Positions 32,801 to 46,809 of a stretch of DNA of 64,000 nt are shown here, in pieces; within the stretch, counting starts at the first letter, position 1; every line of letters starts with the position of its first letter. A model generated the notes under the pieces. It made no database searches. It saw nothing but the letters and a program-made list of their open reading frames with translations, and was not told the origin of the DNA. The position numbers were made by a program, and so were the translations under genes. The stretch is taken from positions 83,452,001-83,516,000 of the forward strand of contig OX597827.1 of NCBI GenBank assembly GCA_951406725.2, in the 5' to 3' direction. Origin of the DNA: Octopus vulgaris (lineage: Eukaryota).

Positions 32801-33416
32801 GATGCCTGTGTGTGAACAGCCATGCTTTGTGGCAGTGAAACATGGGCTGTGACTGCAGAGGACATGCAAAGGCTGGAAACAAATGAAGCTAGTATGCTCT
32901 GCTGGATGTGCAATGTCAGTGTAAGCATCTTGAGAGAAAAATTAGACATAAGAGACATCAGATGTGGTGTACCAAAGAGAAGACTGAGCTGGTATGTTCA
33001 TGTGATGCATATAGAAGAGGACAGCTGCATAAAAAAATGCCAGTCTCCAATTGTGAAGGGAGCCTGTGGAAGAGGTAGACCCGGAAAGATATAGGACAAG
33101 GTGGTGAAGTATGATTTTCAGATGGTGAATCTCACAGAGGTAATGACAAGTGATCAAGACCTTTGGCAATTTTCTGTGCTTGAGAAGATACGTCAAGTTA
33201 AGTGAAATTGTGGTCATGTCCAGTGCCAGTGACACATAAAAGGCACCCTGTACACTCTGTGGAGTGATTGGCATTAGAAAGAGCATCCCGCAGTAGAAAC
33301 CAAGCCAAAACAGACAGGAGCCCAGTGCAGCGCTCTGGCTTACCAGCTCCAGTCAAACCGTCTTACCCATTTTAGCATGGAAAACAGATGCTAGATGATG
33401 ATGATGATGATGATGA
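32801..33416 (+). mobile_element. RTE LINE 3' fragment
   Basis: LCGSETWAVTAEDMQRLE..RLSWYVHVMH..GRGRPGK, followed by 3'UTR and (GAT)n. Confidence 0.9.
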
Positions 33417-35769
33417 ATTGTGCCTTAGAGTTGATGAAATTTTGCTAATTTAAAACTATCATATTTAATATTTAGCAAACAGAGCAACAAGCATTCTGTT
33501 TTACATATTTTATCATCTACTTCACTGTTTAGCTAATACCTGTGCCACTATGCTGAACTTTTTCACAACCAGCTGAGGAAGGACACAACAACAACTTTCT
33601 TCTTCCCTCCAAAAGACATAACGTTATATCTCCATTAACGCAATGTCCAACTCGTATTCTAATCCAAGCAAACATTTTATTTCTAAGAATAATCATGACA
33701 CCCTTGACAGTTGCCACTCACTTGTGAGCTCACAAAACCCCCAAAGTGGTGTGACTACCCAAGTTAATGACAACTGCCCAGCAAAATTCAACCACATCAC
33801 TCAGGGAAAGACTGGTCCTGTTTCAGTTAATCTTTCAAGCTAAAACATTGTTTAAATAGTCAGCTTTTAATTACTGCCTCTCCATTTCTACAACTATTTA
33901 GATATGGTACTAAATGGAACTACAACCATTTAGTATTATATCTAATGACATTGACTCAAGGTGCTTTTCATTAAAGGCCATTGCTCTCTGATCAATAGTT
34001 CCAGCCATTAGCACAACCAAAGTCTAAAGCAGCTCTTAAAGCTCTAAAGACATATGAACTGCCATAACAATCGACTCAGCCAATCAACTTTTACTCCCAC
34101 TCCAGAAGGATCAGATCCTCTAAGTACAGATCTAAAATATTTTTTGTATTCTTCCATCTCAAAAATGGTCATCTATCACAGCATATGAATGATACCAAGG
34201 ATAAAATCAAACCAAATTTCATTTATATCAACCTAACTCAGAATTGAAAATTTTCAGAAATGATATGGCTGAAAATGTTATTTGAAGCAAGGCATCTCTG
34301 ATTACCTTCATCTCTATGAAGGTAATGAATAAATAATATTAAAACTCTTCATATAAGCAACATCATATGACAATATAACTTCACTGACATATGTTTGTAA
34401 CCAGACTTTGCTCTAAGGGACTGAACAAAGACAATTACTCTATATTTAATAACTTTTCATACTGACCTTTCCATATCTGAAATTCAACTCCTTATCAAAT
34501 ACTACAAGCATCTTTCAATTAATACCAACACTATTTTCATTTTCCTCTTTAAATTTTCTTTTATTTTTGAAGAAGTGATTTTGTCTCCCATTAATTCTAA
34601 AGAGTATCCACAGGACCAAAGTTAGCTCATATAGTAATGAACAGCAAAAAAATATTGAAATAGAAATGAATAAGATACTATTCAATGTTAAAACAGAAAT
34701 GAGATCTCAGAGTTGGAAGAAAAATGGGTATATTTGTCAACAACGCTATAACTTTTGATAAGGAGTAAGTCAATATTTCTTTATTATTCTGAATATAACT
34801 TGACCATTTTAAAGGAATATTTCAAAGTTAATGACTAAAATAGATCAATTACACTATCTTTGCAGGTATTTATCATTGTGTAAAAAAAGACAGACAATTT
34901 ATCAGAAAACAAGTTTAAAGAAATATTTATTTCCTCTTGCATCAACCATTTAAATATTGAATTGAAATTCAATCAAAAAATGCTTTTTAATTGGGATTTC
35001 TGAATTACAGGACTTTCCCCAATAGTCATTCTATGTCACAGCAATGTCAGCTTGACTTGCACTCAACTCACTGTTAGTGTGTCATAGCCTCCTTCTTTTC
35101 TTTCCTCTCACTCTCCCCATTTCCGCCATTCCTAAAATACAATCTGAAAGTTGAGTAAACAATGTATGACCAATGAAAAAATTACTATTTTATAAATGGT
35201 TTAAACTGACATTCAATAATCTAATCATAATTTATCTCCTTTCCCAACTTACCTTTCAATAATCTCCTTCCATTCCAGATTTGTTAAGTGATAAACAAAT
35301 AAGAGACATCAAGCTTAAGTGACAAAAAACACAGCTGCTTACAACAACCATTTCAGCAGTATAACATAATTATATCACAGACTTGTCCTAACGATGACCA
35401 TGAATCATTAAGAGTGTCCATCAGACAAGTGGGAAGAGTTTAATAGAGCAAACATTAAGATATGAGTAGAGGTGGCCAAATGAAGTGTTACACAGACCAA
35501 CTATTATAACAGTGAACAAATAGTTACAGAGTATAACAATAGTGTAGCTTACATTTAGTCTGTGCAGAGTTAGCTATTGCTCAGGACTAAAGTATTTTCC
35601 ATTTGGCATCTTAAAAGGAAGAGGAGCAGCAGTAGTAGTGTCCCAGAAGGAATTGGTAGGGTTAACATTCACTTTGAATTTTACAGGCCAAGTCCAATTA
35701 AGATTGAGGACTTTCAGGGAAAAGGAGATTTTATAAAAAAGATTATTATCATCATTTAAAAGCAAAAAG

Positions 35770-36505
35770 GGCAATGGATTGGCAGACTTATTAGAATTTT
35801 GAACAAATCCCACTGAGATCAATTTTGCCTTTCATCCAACTGTGATCAATAAAACAAAATATTGGGATCAATTTAATCCTTTAGCATTTAAACTGGCCAT
35901 ATCTGGTCCAAATATTCTACCTATTTTATGTTCAAACTAGCCATATCTGGCCTCTCACACCCAACCTACAATGTCATTTTAAAAGTAAACAATCACATCA
36001 TCAAAATCTCAAAGCTACAAGATAATGAATGGTTAATTCAATTCAGTGCAAATAAAAAAATGCATTACATTAGACCGGGGGGTGGGGTCAGGGAACTTTT
36101 TTTTTTTTACCAATTACCCCAAAATATATCTATTTATGTCCCATTGATTTGAAAGGAATATAATCATAGATTCTTTAAATTTAAAAGGTTTATTTAATCT
36201 GTTTCATTGATTCTATTTATCTGAATCTATTTACACATCCATTACATTGGACAGATGCAATGTTGCCAGAAGAAAAATTTCTGTTGGAACTAGGAACACG
36301 TTTTTATATAATTTTATGTATGTTTAATGAGTCCTCATTACTCCCAAGAGTTTCATTTTTACCCCACATGAGTTCGCCAACCCTTGCATTAGACAACTGG
36401 TTCGCCAACCCTTGCATTAGACAAAGTAAACTGAATGCTAAAGGGTAAATCAACAAACACCACCTCCAAAATATCAGGCCTTGTGGCTAGATTAGAAATT
36501 ACTAT
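35770..36505 (+). mobile_element. Nested SINE > piggyBac-like MITE (35877-36445) > hAT-like MITE (36076-36414)
   Basis: SINE head 35770-35872 and tail 36450-36505. MITE ends (T/C)CCTTTAGCATT / AATGCTAAAGGG after TTAA. The inner element is flanked by 8-bp TSD CATTAGAC (36068-36075, 36415-36422). Confidence 0.75.
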
Positions 36506-36509
36506 TAAG

Positions 36510-38150
36510 AATGTGAAGAAGGGCAACAGCTGTAACTTTCACAAGAATTCTAGTGAGATCATTGTAGCTAATGTTTCTACTTGTACAGATTGAATTTGTA
36601 TAAGAAAAATATGAGCAAGGAAGTAATATCAGAGGGTTGCAGATTTAGAAAAGAATGATTGGGAAAGTGCTTAGTGCAGGGTGGACCTGGATTTCAGAGG
36701 TAGTGGCTATGATGTTTCGGAGAAACAGGTCATTTTAGTAGTAAGAACTTAACGTTTTTGTAGATATATGAAAAAGATATTAAGAACTAAAAATTAAATA
36801 TACATATCCTTCAATGTAAAGGAATTTAACCTAGAAGAGATTCTCTCCCCTTTGAAAGTAAATCACCTTAGGCAAAACATGTGTTCAGAAGAGGCCTACG
36901 TTTAAAGTGATACCAAGATTGAGATATAGACACAATACTAAGATAAGCTATATTGATGAGTGAGCTTTCACTAATGACCCAAATGCTGTCTAGGATGCGT
37001 GTGTGTTTGTCAACTGCAGCATGGTCCCATAATATGAGCATCAATATTCTAATGTGGATCACACTTGGTCTTTATAGAAGGTTAACAAGTGATTGGAAGT
37101 TGTTTGGGATGCAGTTTTCTCAGTATTAAATATGTGAGGATGAGATGAGAGAACATAGAAGATTGTGAAACCTATCCTTTGAATTAATTTCAAGGGAATT
37201 AGTTGTATAGCATTCACATATAAGGGAAATGTAACATATTTAGAGAGTAGTAAAGGTGGGGGAATCGTTAAAGAGAATTAATACTAAAAGTCTATTATAT
37301 AAAGAGTTTTAATATAAAATGCAATTCAAAATAAACATGGTCACTAAAGAAAAGGGGGAAGAGTTTTGAGAGTTGATGGAGATCAACAAAGATGAAAACA
37401 CACAGCATTTATGGATAAATGACCTGATTTGAGAGGAAACTGTATCACCAGTTAATTTTGATGAGATGTATTCACTTAGATTTTAGGTTTATGTAGGAAA
37501 AGGGGTGTGCAGAAGAGTCTAAACAAAAGGAGTGATTTTGACTAGGTCATTGTTGGAGAGACGGACGAATGTAGCAGAGTCAATAAAGAATGCAACTCTT
37601 TTGAGATGATTGAGAATCCAAAGTGTCCTATGTGAAACCTTTTAAAATAGAAGTTACAATTAACAAAGTTTATCAAGGAGATTCTATAACCAGACATAAC
37701 AAGGTTGTGTTAACATCAAGAACAACAGTTCTGAATGTCAAAAGAGTACAAGTGAGGAAGATATGCGAAAAGTTCCCCAGTGAAACTAGATTTTCAGAGG
37801 TCATGTTGATGTATACAAGGAAGAGGAAAAGAGATATACGATAGTGTGGGCTGTTTAGAATCAGTCACTGTGCAAAGGCCACTGCATATAAATATGATAT
37901 ACTGGGCCTTTTCATAGGGAACCAAAATGTTGGATACAAGTGGTAATGGCCAAGCGCATGCAGCCATTACATTATTCAAAGACAGACATATTTTCTCCCC
38001 AGATGGTTATAATGCATAATTAGTGTTTGTAAATGAATATATCCCAGCTAGTGATGGTGGCTGACTTCCTGCTAGAAGTGTAGCCCATGTTTTCTGTGTG
38101 TACAGCAGTCACACAGCTACTTGTAAACCATTTGGGGTTGCAACTTATGC
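36510..38150 (-). mobile_element. Degraded CR1/L2-group LINE
   Basis: Minus-strand ILWDHAAVDKHTRILDSI; homologous to the + copy at 44580-47075. Confidence 0.6.
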
Positions 38151-39685
38151 AAGATGTAAAGATATATATTTACATATGAGGAATAGCTTCATCAATGATT
38201 TTGAAACCAAGGAAACAGTAGGAAAATTCTACAAAAATAACATAGAATGTAAAGAGGAAAGAAAACAATAATGAAATAATTGTACAAGAAACTACACAAT
38301 TTCAACTTATAATAATACTGAATCTGTTTAGCAAACATTAGATTAAAACAACAAAGAATAAAAACATTAAAATTACTAAGTTACACACCAATCTTTCTAC
38401 CCAGTTATTATATATGTTGTACTACATTGCAAGATATGGTAAATGTTCACGTAGTAGTTTTACATATAAAAATTGTTGGCTCAACAATATCAATGCGAAA
38501 GCAAAAAAAATCTATTCCTTAAGTATTTTTTTTCTACGTCATTTGGCAGATTATTTTGTCATTTAATTCTATAATTACATTTCATTAAATAAACTAATAA
38601 ACAAAATAAGAGAAGATTAGTTGCATCACATGGATTTTGTTTTTAAAAGCTGTGTAGAAAACTTAGTATTTTCAGTCAACCTTTGCCAGTTTTTAAGAAC
38701 AAAATAAGTTTGATTTTTACTTTACGGGGTAAAATAATGGGGGTTTTTTCACTAAAAGAAAAATATCCAGGAAATGTAAGCAATAAATCAAATGATAGAG
38801 ATGAAGCTTCTTGGAAAATAAACTGCTAAAATGTCCGATGAAATTTACGGAATTCCCTATGATCACATGACTACACGCCCTCTATGAATACATATATGAT
38901 AAAGGGAATATCTGATTGTACAGGGTTTTCCCCACTTGCATGTTGGTAACAAAACAAAGATGACTAGAAATTCCACTCAAGAAATTAAATCACAAAACAC
39001 TGAAGCAAAATTTACCTGAATATCCTGTAAGTACAAGTACTTTTGGCAATTCAGTACATAACAAAATAATAGTCTGTTTATCGGAAGAAATTAAAACAAT
39101 CTCATTAAAACCCTCACTGTTATGTTCACATTAAAAAATCAAATTATATATCATTTAGAAATTAAATTTTTTTCCGATGCTAACAGCTGGTATACACTTA
39201 TTATGAACACAAACTTACACCGGCTATAAAAATATATGAACACAAAGATTTCATAGTAATCTTAAAAATCTTAAATTTTAAACTTATTTTACAGCATTTA
39301 TCATATAGTTCCATAACATTTGCCACACTTTCTCTTAATCTCTGAATTTATAGTGAAAAAATAAGCAGAAAAAAGACTCCAAAAAGAAAGGGGAGCCAAC
39401 ATTTTGTTTTAGATATTCAACAGCCCAATTATTTCACAGGACAAGAGGCATGCAAAATTATTTTAGATGTATTTATCGTTACAACAACAAACAAAAGTAC
39501 AGCACACAGATATTATATAAATAAACCTTGTTATAAAACACTAATCACATGCATATAAGCAGTGTAATAAATTTAATGGAGCAGCACATCTCCTCCAGCA
39601 GAGCCTCATGTCAAAGTGACATTACACCCACATATGTAAACAATGCAAACAAGAGAGCGGAGAAAGAGATTATTTCCAAGAACAT

Positions 39686-39700
39686 AGGTCATGATGACCT
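39686..39700. promoter_or_regulatory. Perfect estrogen-response-element-type palindrome (IR3)
   Basis: AGGTCA-tga-TGACCT, flanked by forkhead-type TGTAAACA sites at 39635-39642 and 39726-39733. Confidence 0.45.
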
Positions 39701-40268
39701 TGCACTAATTCTAACTAGTAGTATGTGTAAACAAAAGTGCAGTAGAGTAAGTAGTGTTAAGAGTTAACCTAAATAGCGCATATATCTTCATAAAGGGAAG
39801 AAAAAGGAGTGCCGGAAAGATTTTTAGAACACAACTATTATTATATTTTGAAATGAAATTTATTTTATGTAATCTGAATGAAGAAGTGTGTCACGTATGT
39901 TGAAATGAATTTATACTTGCCGTTAAAATGCATTAATTAATAAAACTACTTACACCATTTAGTTATGTTTAGCTTACAGCAACTTTTACTATTACCGAAA
40001 TACTTAAAACAGTTATAGTTTGAGAAACTGTTAAGAAGTAACAAGAAAGCAACAAATGAAATTTACAATCAAACACGTTTAATTCTTTCGATATAATTAA
40101 GTATTGGTAGGACAAATCCATGATTTATATATAAAGGTGCAATTAGTTATTAAAACTGTAATACCCACCGAAAGAAAGAAAGGACAGAAAGGCTGAAGGA
40201 AGGAAAGAAAGAAAGACAGCGGTAAGGAAGTAATATTTTTAAATAGAACATAATTGATGTAATGTAGT

Positions 40269-40303
<35 letters not shown>

Positions 40304-41046
40304 GTTTATATGTATATCATGTATGTAAAGATCTATTTCCACATAAGCTGACAGTTTATATTACATCATAAACTTGGCAAGAAAAGGGAACAATTAAGGT
40401 AAACAAGAGAAATTTGCAGTCTGACTTTAACAGACATGCGCACGCACGCATACACACACACGCACGCACAAACACACACACACACATGCACATATAAATG
40501 AAGTATGTGCCTATTCACTGCTTGTCTGTGTGTTTGGGGACAGCATAACCTGTTGCAGATGTCAGTCTACACTCATACTGCACTGAGTACATAAAAAGCA
40601 AGCAGGCAAAGAGACTATCAATTATAGGAATAAGAAAGAGAAAGAGGAGAGTAACAACATCCCAACATAGGAAAAACACATTATGATGTAACAGCTTAAC
40701 CCTTATAGAAGAGTGGAAGGTCAACAGAATTTTTTCAATGTTTAAAGCAAATATGTAGTGATACTTTCATTGGGCTTTTTTCCCCAGTTGTTTTAATCTA
40801 TTCACTACAGGCTAGATTCGAAAAGTTTTCAAGTTTAACCACTATAGAATCCGACTAACCAGCATATAAGTTATATTTTGGCTTAGAACTAGACATTAAG
40901 TTGTTGCAACTAAAATTAAATATTACTCCATATAACTTTGACATTCTTTTTATCTGCCTAAAAATACCAAGATTAATTGTATAAACAAAGGTGTGTCTGA
41001 GTAAATAAATATTTATGCAAGTAATAGTATTATTTAGTAATAGTAA

Positions 41047-41085
<39 letters not shown>

Positions 41086-42165
41086 CAGCAGCAGCAGCAG
41101 CAGTAGCAGTAGTTGTAGTAGTTGTAGTAGTAAAATTCAACTATACGTTTTGGACATTAGTAACATTTCTTAAACTTATTTTCTAAACTTTGATGTGTTT
41201 TATTTTCCTGTCTTGTTGAGAATGTTTTCATCTGAAAGAGGCACTCATTCTATTTGAAATGATTTAATATATGATTTGAGATCAAAACCTGAAGCTGTAT
41301 AGTTTAGTAATGAAATTAAAAACAAACCGTAAACAGTTTCCTCATATAAACTTTAAACTTATAATACCAATCCAAATTAAATGAAACCGTACTTTAATAA
41401 TTTAAGTTCAAATATAAAGTACTTTATGCGAACAGTCATATAATTTATAAAGGAACAACTAATTGAGAACTAATTAAAAATATATTTTAATATAGATATT
41501 TGAAGTACAATCCAGCATACATATGCAAGAATAGGTGCACATATGTTTATAAATGTATATATAGATGCGCACGCATGCATACAAATGGCACACTGTATAT
41601 ATACATGTGTTGTGTATATGCGTGAGTGTGGCCATATGTATGTATGTATATATATATATATATATATATGCAAATGTTTCACATGGAAATGTACAAGGAT
41701 AGGTTTGTAATTACTTAGTGTTCGTGAGAAATTTAACTTTGTTATCAAAGGGATAGGAGAAGGCCAATCAAGCCTCATCATTGAAAACATCATTGACTAC
41801 AGTATCTCTTAGTTGTATGTAGACATTTGCAAGTTTAGACAGACATGCGCATACACAGATAACATGGCTGTGTTTAGAGGTGTAACGCAAAACTGTTTCT
41901 TACAATCTTGCATTTAATTAAGAAAATAGTAACAGGGTACTTGCACCGATTCAAAAAGTTTAACAAAATAATCATTAAGCAACTGGCACAAATGGAATAC
42001 CATATATAACAACTATACCGAACACGGAATTATTTTCTTGAATTCTAGGAACATTGATTCCTGAAAAGACAAAAATTATTTTATAGAGAATAATTTTCTT
42101 AATTATACACTGAAACAAAACCTAAGTATGCATATGTATATATATATATATATATAAATATATAC

Positions 42166-42234
<69 letters not shown>

Positions 42235-44508
42235 TGGTGGGTGTTAGCGTGTGTATGTATATATGTATAAAACAACCAGGAGTACAAAAGTTATACTGTA
42301 TTTTTCTAGATATCCAGAAATATTTCAGGTAAGAAAGAATCCATCTATACTGAAATAAGCTTTAAAAATGACATACGGTCATTACTTGCGTGATAAACTT
42401 CAATCATGTTCTTCAGCTATGTATTTATGTTTATGAGTGTGAAGGTGGGTTTCTTACCAAATGTCAACAAGACTGAAATGAGGTTTTCAATCAAGATTTA
42501 ATGTTAAAAAGAAATAGATTTATCCTTAATTTTCATTTTGAATGATTTTTCTCTTGTAAAGGAGAAAGTTATTGAGAAATTAGAATCTTATCAAATGAGC
42601 TTCAATAGTATCGACAAACTTTGTTGAAAGGAAACGTCCAGAGTGGCTTGCCTGAAACGCAGATTAACATAAGTAAAATACGCAAACAACTAATTTTTAT
42701 AATTTAAAGAATATAATTGTTGATAAGAGAAAATAGAAAATAGTATAAGCTTTGCAGAATTTCATTCTCCAACATTTATGCGCGTGCGCATTCAATCCAT
42801 GACCCAAATTTTGTAGCTCCATTGGCTAGTTTGTTTGTGACCAACAGTGAAACTTTACCATCTTTAATCTCAAGTCATCTTCTCTATACCAGAGAAAAGT
42901 AAGAACTTTATTCTTTTAAAACTGTTTGTCATTTAATGTTTTCCTAATAGTTTAAGGCAACTGCTTTACTAACCCTCAAAACTATATCATTTTACTAAAT
43001 GGTATCAAAGCCTACCAACATTCTACTACAGTAAAACAATTATCATCTCAAACACACATTCAATCTTTTAATTATTTTGATACTGTTTAAATCTATGGAA
43101 TATATTTTTGTTATCGCACTACAGGCTAACCTTCACAATATGACAACTGCGAAACACCAATAAAAAATACACCACAAAAAAGTTTTGTCCAATATTTTAA
43201 AATTAAACATAAGTAAATCAACTATAGAGTTACAATAACACTTTATAACATTAAATCTATCCATATAGGTAATATATATATAGTGTGTGGTAAACCTAGG
43301 GCAAGTAGATGTGATGTAGACTAAAATATATAATTGCACCTAGAATTCCAGAGGTCTGAAAAATAGTATTATTTCAAAGCAAAGAAAACCCGCATCAAAA
43401 AGAACCTCTTTTATCTAAATGTAAAAGTATCAACATTCATTAAATTAAACTTTCCAAATGAAATCTTTTCACATTTAATTAGAATATTTCAAATATAAGA
43501 ATTTTTGCCAATTTGTCACACAAGAACACCTTAAATTCATATCGCTACATTATTCTATAAAGATCCAGATAATCTTTATAAATGTTATTTCACGTATACA
43601 TATACCCACCAAGAAGATTGATGTCACATAATGTTGCTGGGAAAATATTAAAGAAATAACTGTTTTATTGATTAGGTTTGACTTTTAAGAAAAAAAATTT
43701 GAAAGACAAACCATCTAAGATCATTTAATTGAAGGTGTGTGACAGAGATTCGATATTACTTCACTGACCAATTTCCATGCTTTCATCAACATTAAAACAT
43801 TATTACAATAGTCCTAAATACCTATAAAAATGGAGTGTCAACAACAAAGAGTTACTTTTCAGTATAGAAGTTTGGCTTATTGGAAAATATTCATAAAATT
43901 GTCCAACCTTAAAGCATGAACCAAATACTAGATTAACTATTTCTCTCTACATCAGTCACATACCACACATATGCATATACGCATACACACACCATACCAT
44001 AAAATGAAATGTTATACACATACACACATATCCATCACACAAGATTAATATTCAATCTAAATGTAGTTTCTGCAAGAGAAGTTATTTGCCATATATCGAT
44101 ATTAAACATTAAATTTACAGTCATTCTTCACAGTTAACTTGATAATAAGCTTGCTATTTTCCAATTTCATATTTATATCATATTAGTTATTTTATCCATT
44201 TATAGTGACTATAATAGTTTACATATTGCAATAATCATATTTCTTTTGCAAGTATCTATAACAGTGATTATTAAACAATATTGATCAACCATAAAAACAA
44301 CAGTTTGTTTATAGTCAAAACAATATCATGAATTCCACTGTTTCCGACAAGATAAAGTTTGTTTTAAAAAATTCTCCAAAATCTCTCTTTCTCCAGGGAG
44401 AGACCCCAATCTTCAGAAATATATGCTCCGTTCTAAAGAAAAGCAACCCCTCTAAACCTGCCAGTTTGTAATACCTTAGAAGGGAAAGCCACAAACAATG
44501 ATGTTCTA

Positions 44509-44561
<53 letters not shown>

Positions 44562-45480
44562 TCTCTCCCTTCTCAATACTTCCCCTTCTAAAACAGCTTT
44601 CATAAAGTTAGATATAGTGGTGACCTTTTCTCTATATCACTCATCAGTGGTCTCTTGCCCCTGAGAAATTCAGTAAAAGCAGTACCTTTGACCTCAACAT
44701 CAGTAAAGCAATCTGCATGTGAATCTCCCATCAAAACTGATAATCTAAGAGCTCTAATCTTCAGATACATCAAATCACATTATTGCAGCCTGTTTTGGAA
44801 CTTTCATTGACATTCACTCTATCAACTCTGGTGTACCCCAGGGTTTAGTTTTCTTCCTATACATTACTGATCTACTTGCATTAAGTTTTGCAATGGCTAC
44901 TGTTACACAGAAGATACCACTTTCTATTCTTCTCAAAACTTCCCCACATGTCATCCACATGCAATCTAGACATCCCATACCACATCTTCACAGACATCAT
45001 TAACAAACACCTCAAAAGCATTTTGCAATGGTGTCATGTTGGCCTTGTACTACTCTTCATACCAAAAAGATATCACTACACCTCATTCTATTTCAACATT
45101 AGCAGCACATCATTATTGCCATTTGTGATTATTTCAAACGATAGGCCTTACTGTCACTGAGGATCTCCTATGGTGAACACATGACCTTAGAATGTTTAGC
45201 TAGGACCACATATCAAAAACTGGTCCTTCCCTTCACTCCACAACAATTACTAAGGTTCTACAAAGCTAAGGCTAAATTGAGAAAGGAGAACTGCTTGCAC
45301 AGCTGAGACCATGCTACTACCACATACACAAACATCCTAAACCACATCCAGAGAAAGGCCACTCAACTAACTGGCACTCACAAGCATACTCCTGCCTCTG
45401 ACCCATACACATGCTGTTTCTTCTGTGTCTTTTCTACCTCCATTACAGTAGATTCTGCTGCTCCAAACTATCAGATCATA

Positions 45481-46809
45481 AGAGGGGCATTCCAGAAGTT
45501 TCGAGACTTTTTAGGAGAGACACAGATTATTATAATTTTAGTATATTATTACTATATATCTAATAAGCAGACCTGCCAATTTTTGTTATTCCACATTGAA
45601 GGAGATGGCTGTAACAGCACTTCGAACATGCCCTACTTAACACTGCTTGTCATAGCTAACTAGTCTGCAGAATGCTGTCAGAGTATTTAGTAGCTGACTA
45701 TGCAATAGAGTTTTGTATTAAAGTGAGAAAAAATGCAACAGAAACTTATGAAAGGCACCGTATTGCTTATGGTTTAACTTTTTTTGCTAGTACAATCAAC
45801 CTATCTCTATCTAGGTCGTCCGTCAGGACACCCCAAGACTTTCCACACATTTCCCCTTTCATCTTGATCTTCCATAATGGTCCTCAGCGCCTGTACTCCT
45901 TCCGTACCAGTATTCTCCAGCAAGTTGTCAATGCAGGTCGGCTTCCTCCTTCCTCTCCTGGTTCTTCCTTCTATTGGTTTCCAGAGCACTAGCTTGTTAG
46001 CAATTTCATCGGTGTGTCTGATGCAGTGTCCAGCTAACCTCATCCTTCTATGCTGCATCTTCAATGTTACTTTTGGTAGTCCCTGGAATGAGTCGGTGTT
46101 TGGTGTATGACTCTTCCAGGAGACATTAAAAGTGCCATTCTAAACATCCTCATATAACAACCATCCAACTGTTTTTTCAAGGCTTTAGTGAGCATCCATG
46201 TTTGTGTTCATGTGTTCATGCAAGCACAAAAGAGGTTCAAAAAACAGTGGTGAGGAGGTATGAGACTATGAGCCGGGTGGGAGAGAGAGGGAGAACAGAA
46301 CATCAGAGTTGGTCAAGAAAATTTGCAATTTTCTAGATGAAGACTGTTTTGTGTCTATGAAGACAGTAAACTTACAGTTTGTAGTTAATGTGGCAACTGT
46401 ACACAGATTTATTCATAGAGATCTAAACATGTGCAAAATTTGTGCAACGTTTGTTGCCAGGGTGCTCAGTGACAAGCATCCTGATAACCAACAACTTGAC
46501 AGAGATGGGTATGAAAACTATCCTCAGCCTTCCAACAGTCCAGACCTTGCTCCCTAAGTCTTTTCTTTGTTCCCCAACCTGAAAGAGAATGTCTGGGGCA
46601 GTCGTTTCAAAGACATTGAGAAGGCTGTAGCAAGCAGTATTCAGTAGGGTGTGTCCAAAGTGCTATTACAGCCAAATTTTCAATCTGGAATAACAAAAGT
46701 TGGCAAGTCAGCTTATTAGATGTATAGTAATAATATACTAAAATTACAATAATCTTGGACAGCTATAACGACCTCTCCTAAAGTCTCAAAACTTCTGGAA
46801 TGTATCTTG
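45481..46809 (+). mobile_element. Internally deleted mariner transposon with long (~120 bp) TIRs
   Basis: TA-flanked inverted ends (gcattccagaagtttcgagacttt..taataagcagacctgccaa / ttggcaagtcagcttatta..aaagtctcaaaacttctggaatg). Transposase remnants: YAIEFCIKVRKNATETYE, KICATFVARVL (WVPHEL-equivalent) and NSPDLAP. Confidence 0.88.
45790..46200 (-). mobile_element. RTE-group LINE 3' fragment inserted in the mariner
   Basis: RRMRLAGHCIRHTDEIANKLVLWKP..RRGRRKPT. Confidence 0.8.

Noticed and set aside
36240-36340. LHWTDAMLPEEKF as the viral polymerase motif A
   Set aside because: It lies inside the TSD-flanked hAT-like MITE, so it is not part of the viral relic.
36636-36670. VADLEKNDW as motif A
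   Set aside because: It is the antisense reading of the minus-strand LINE 3' region.
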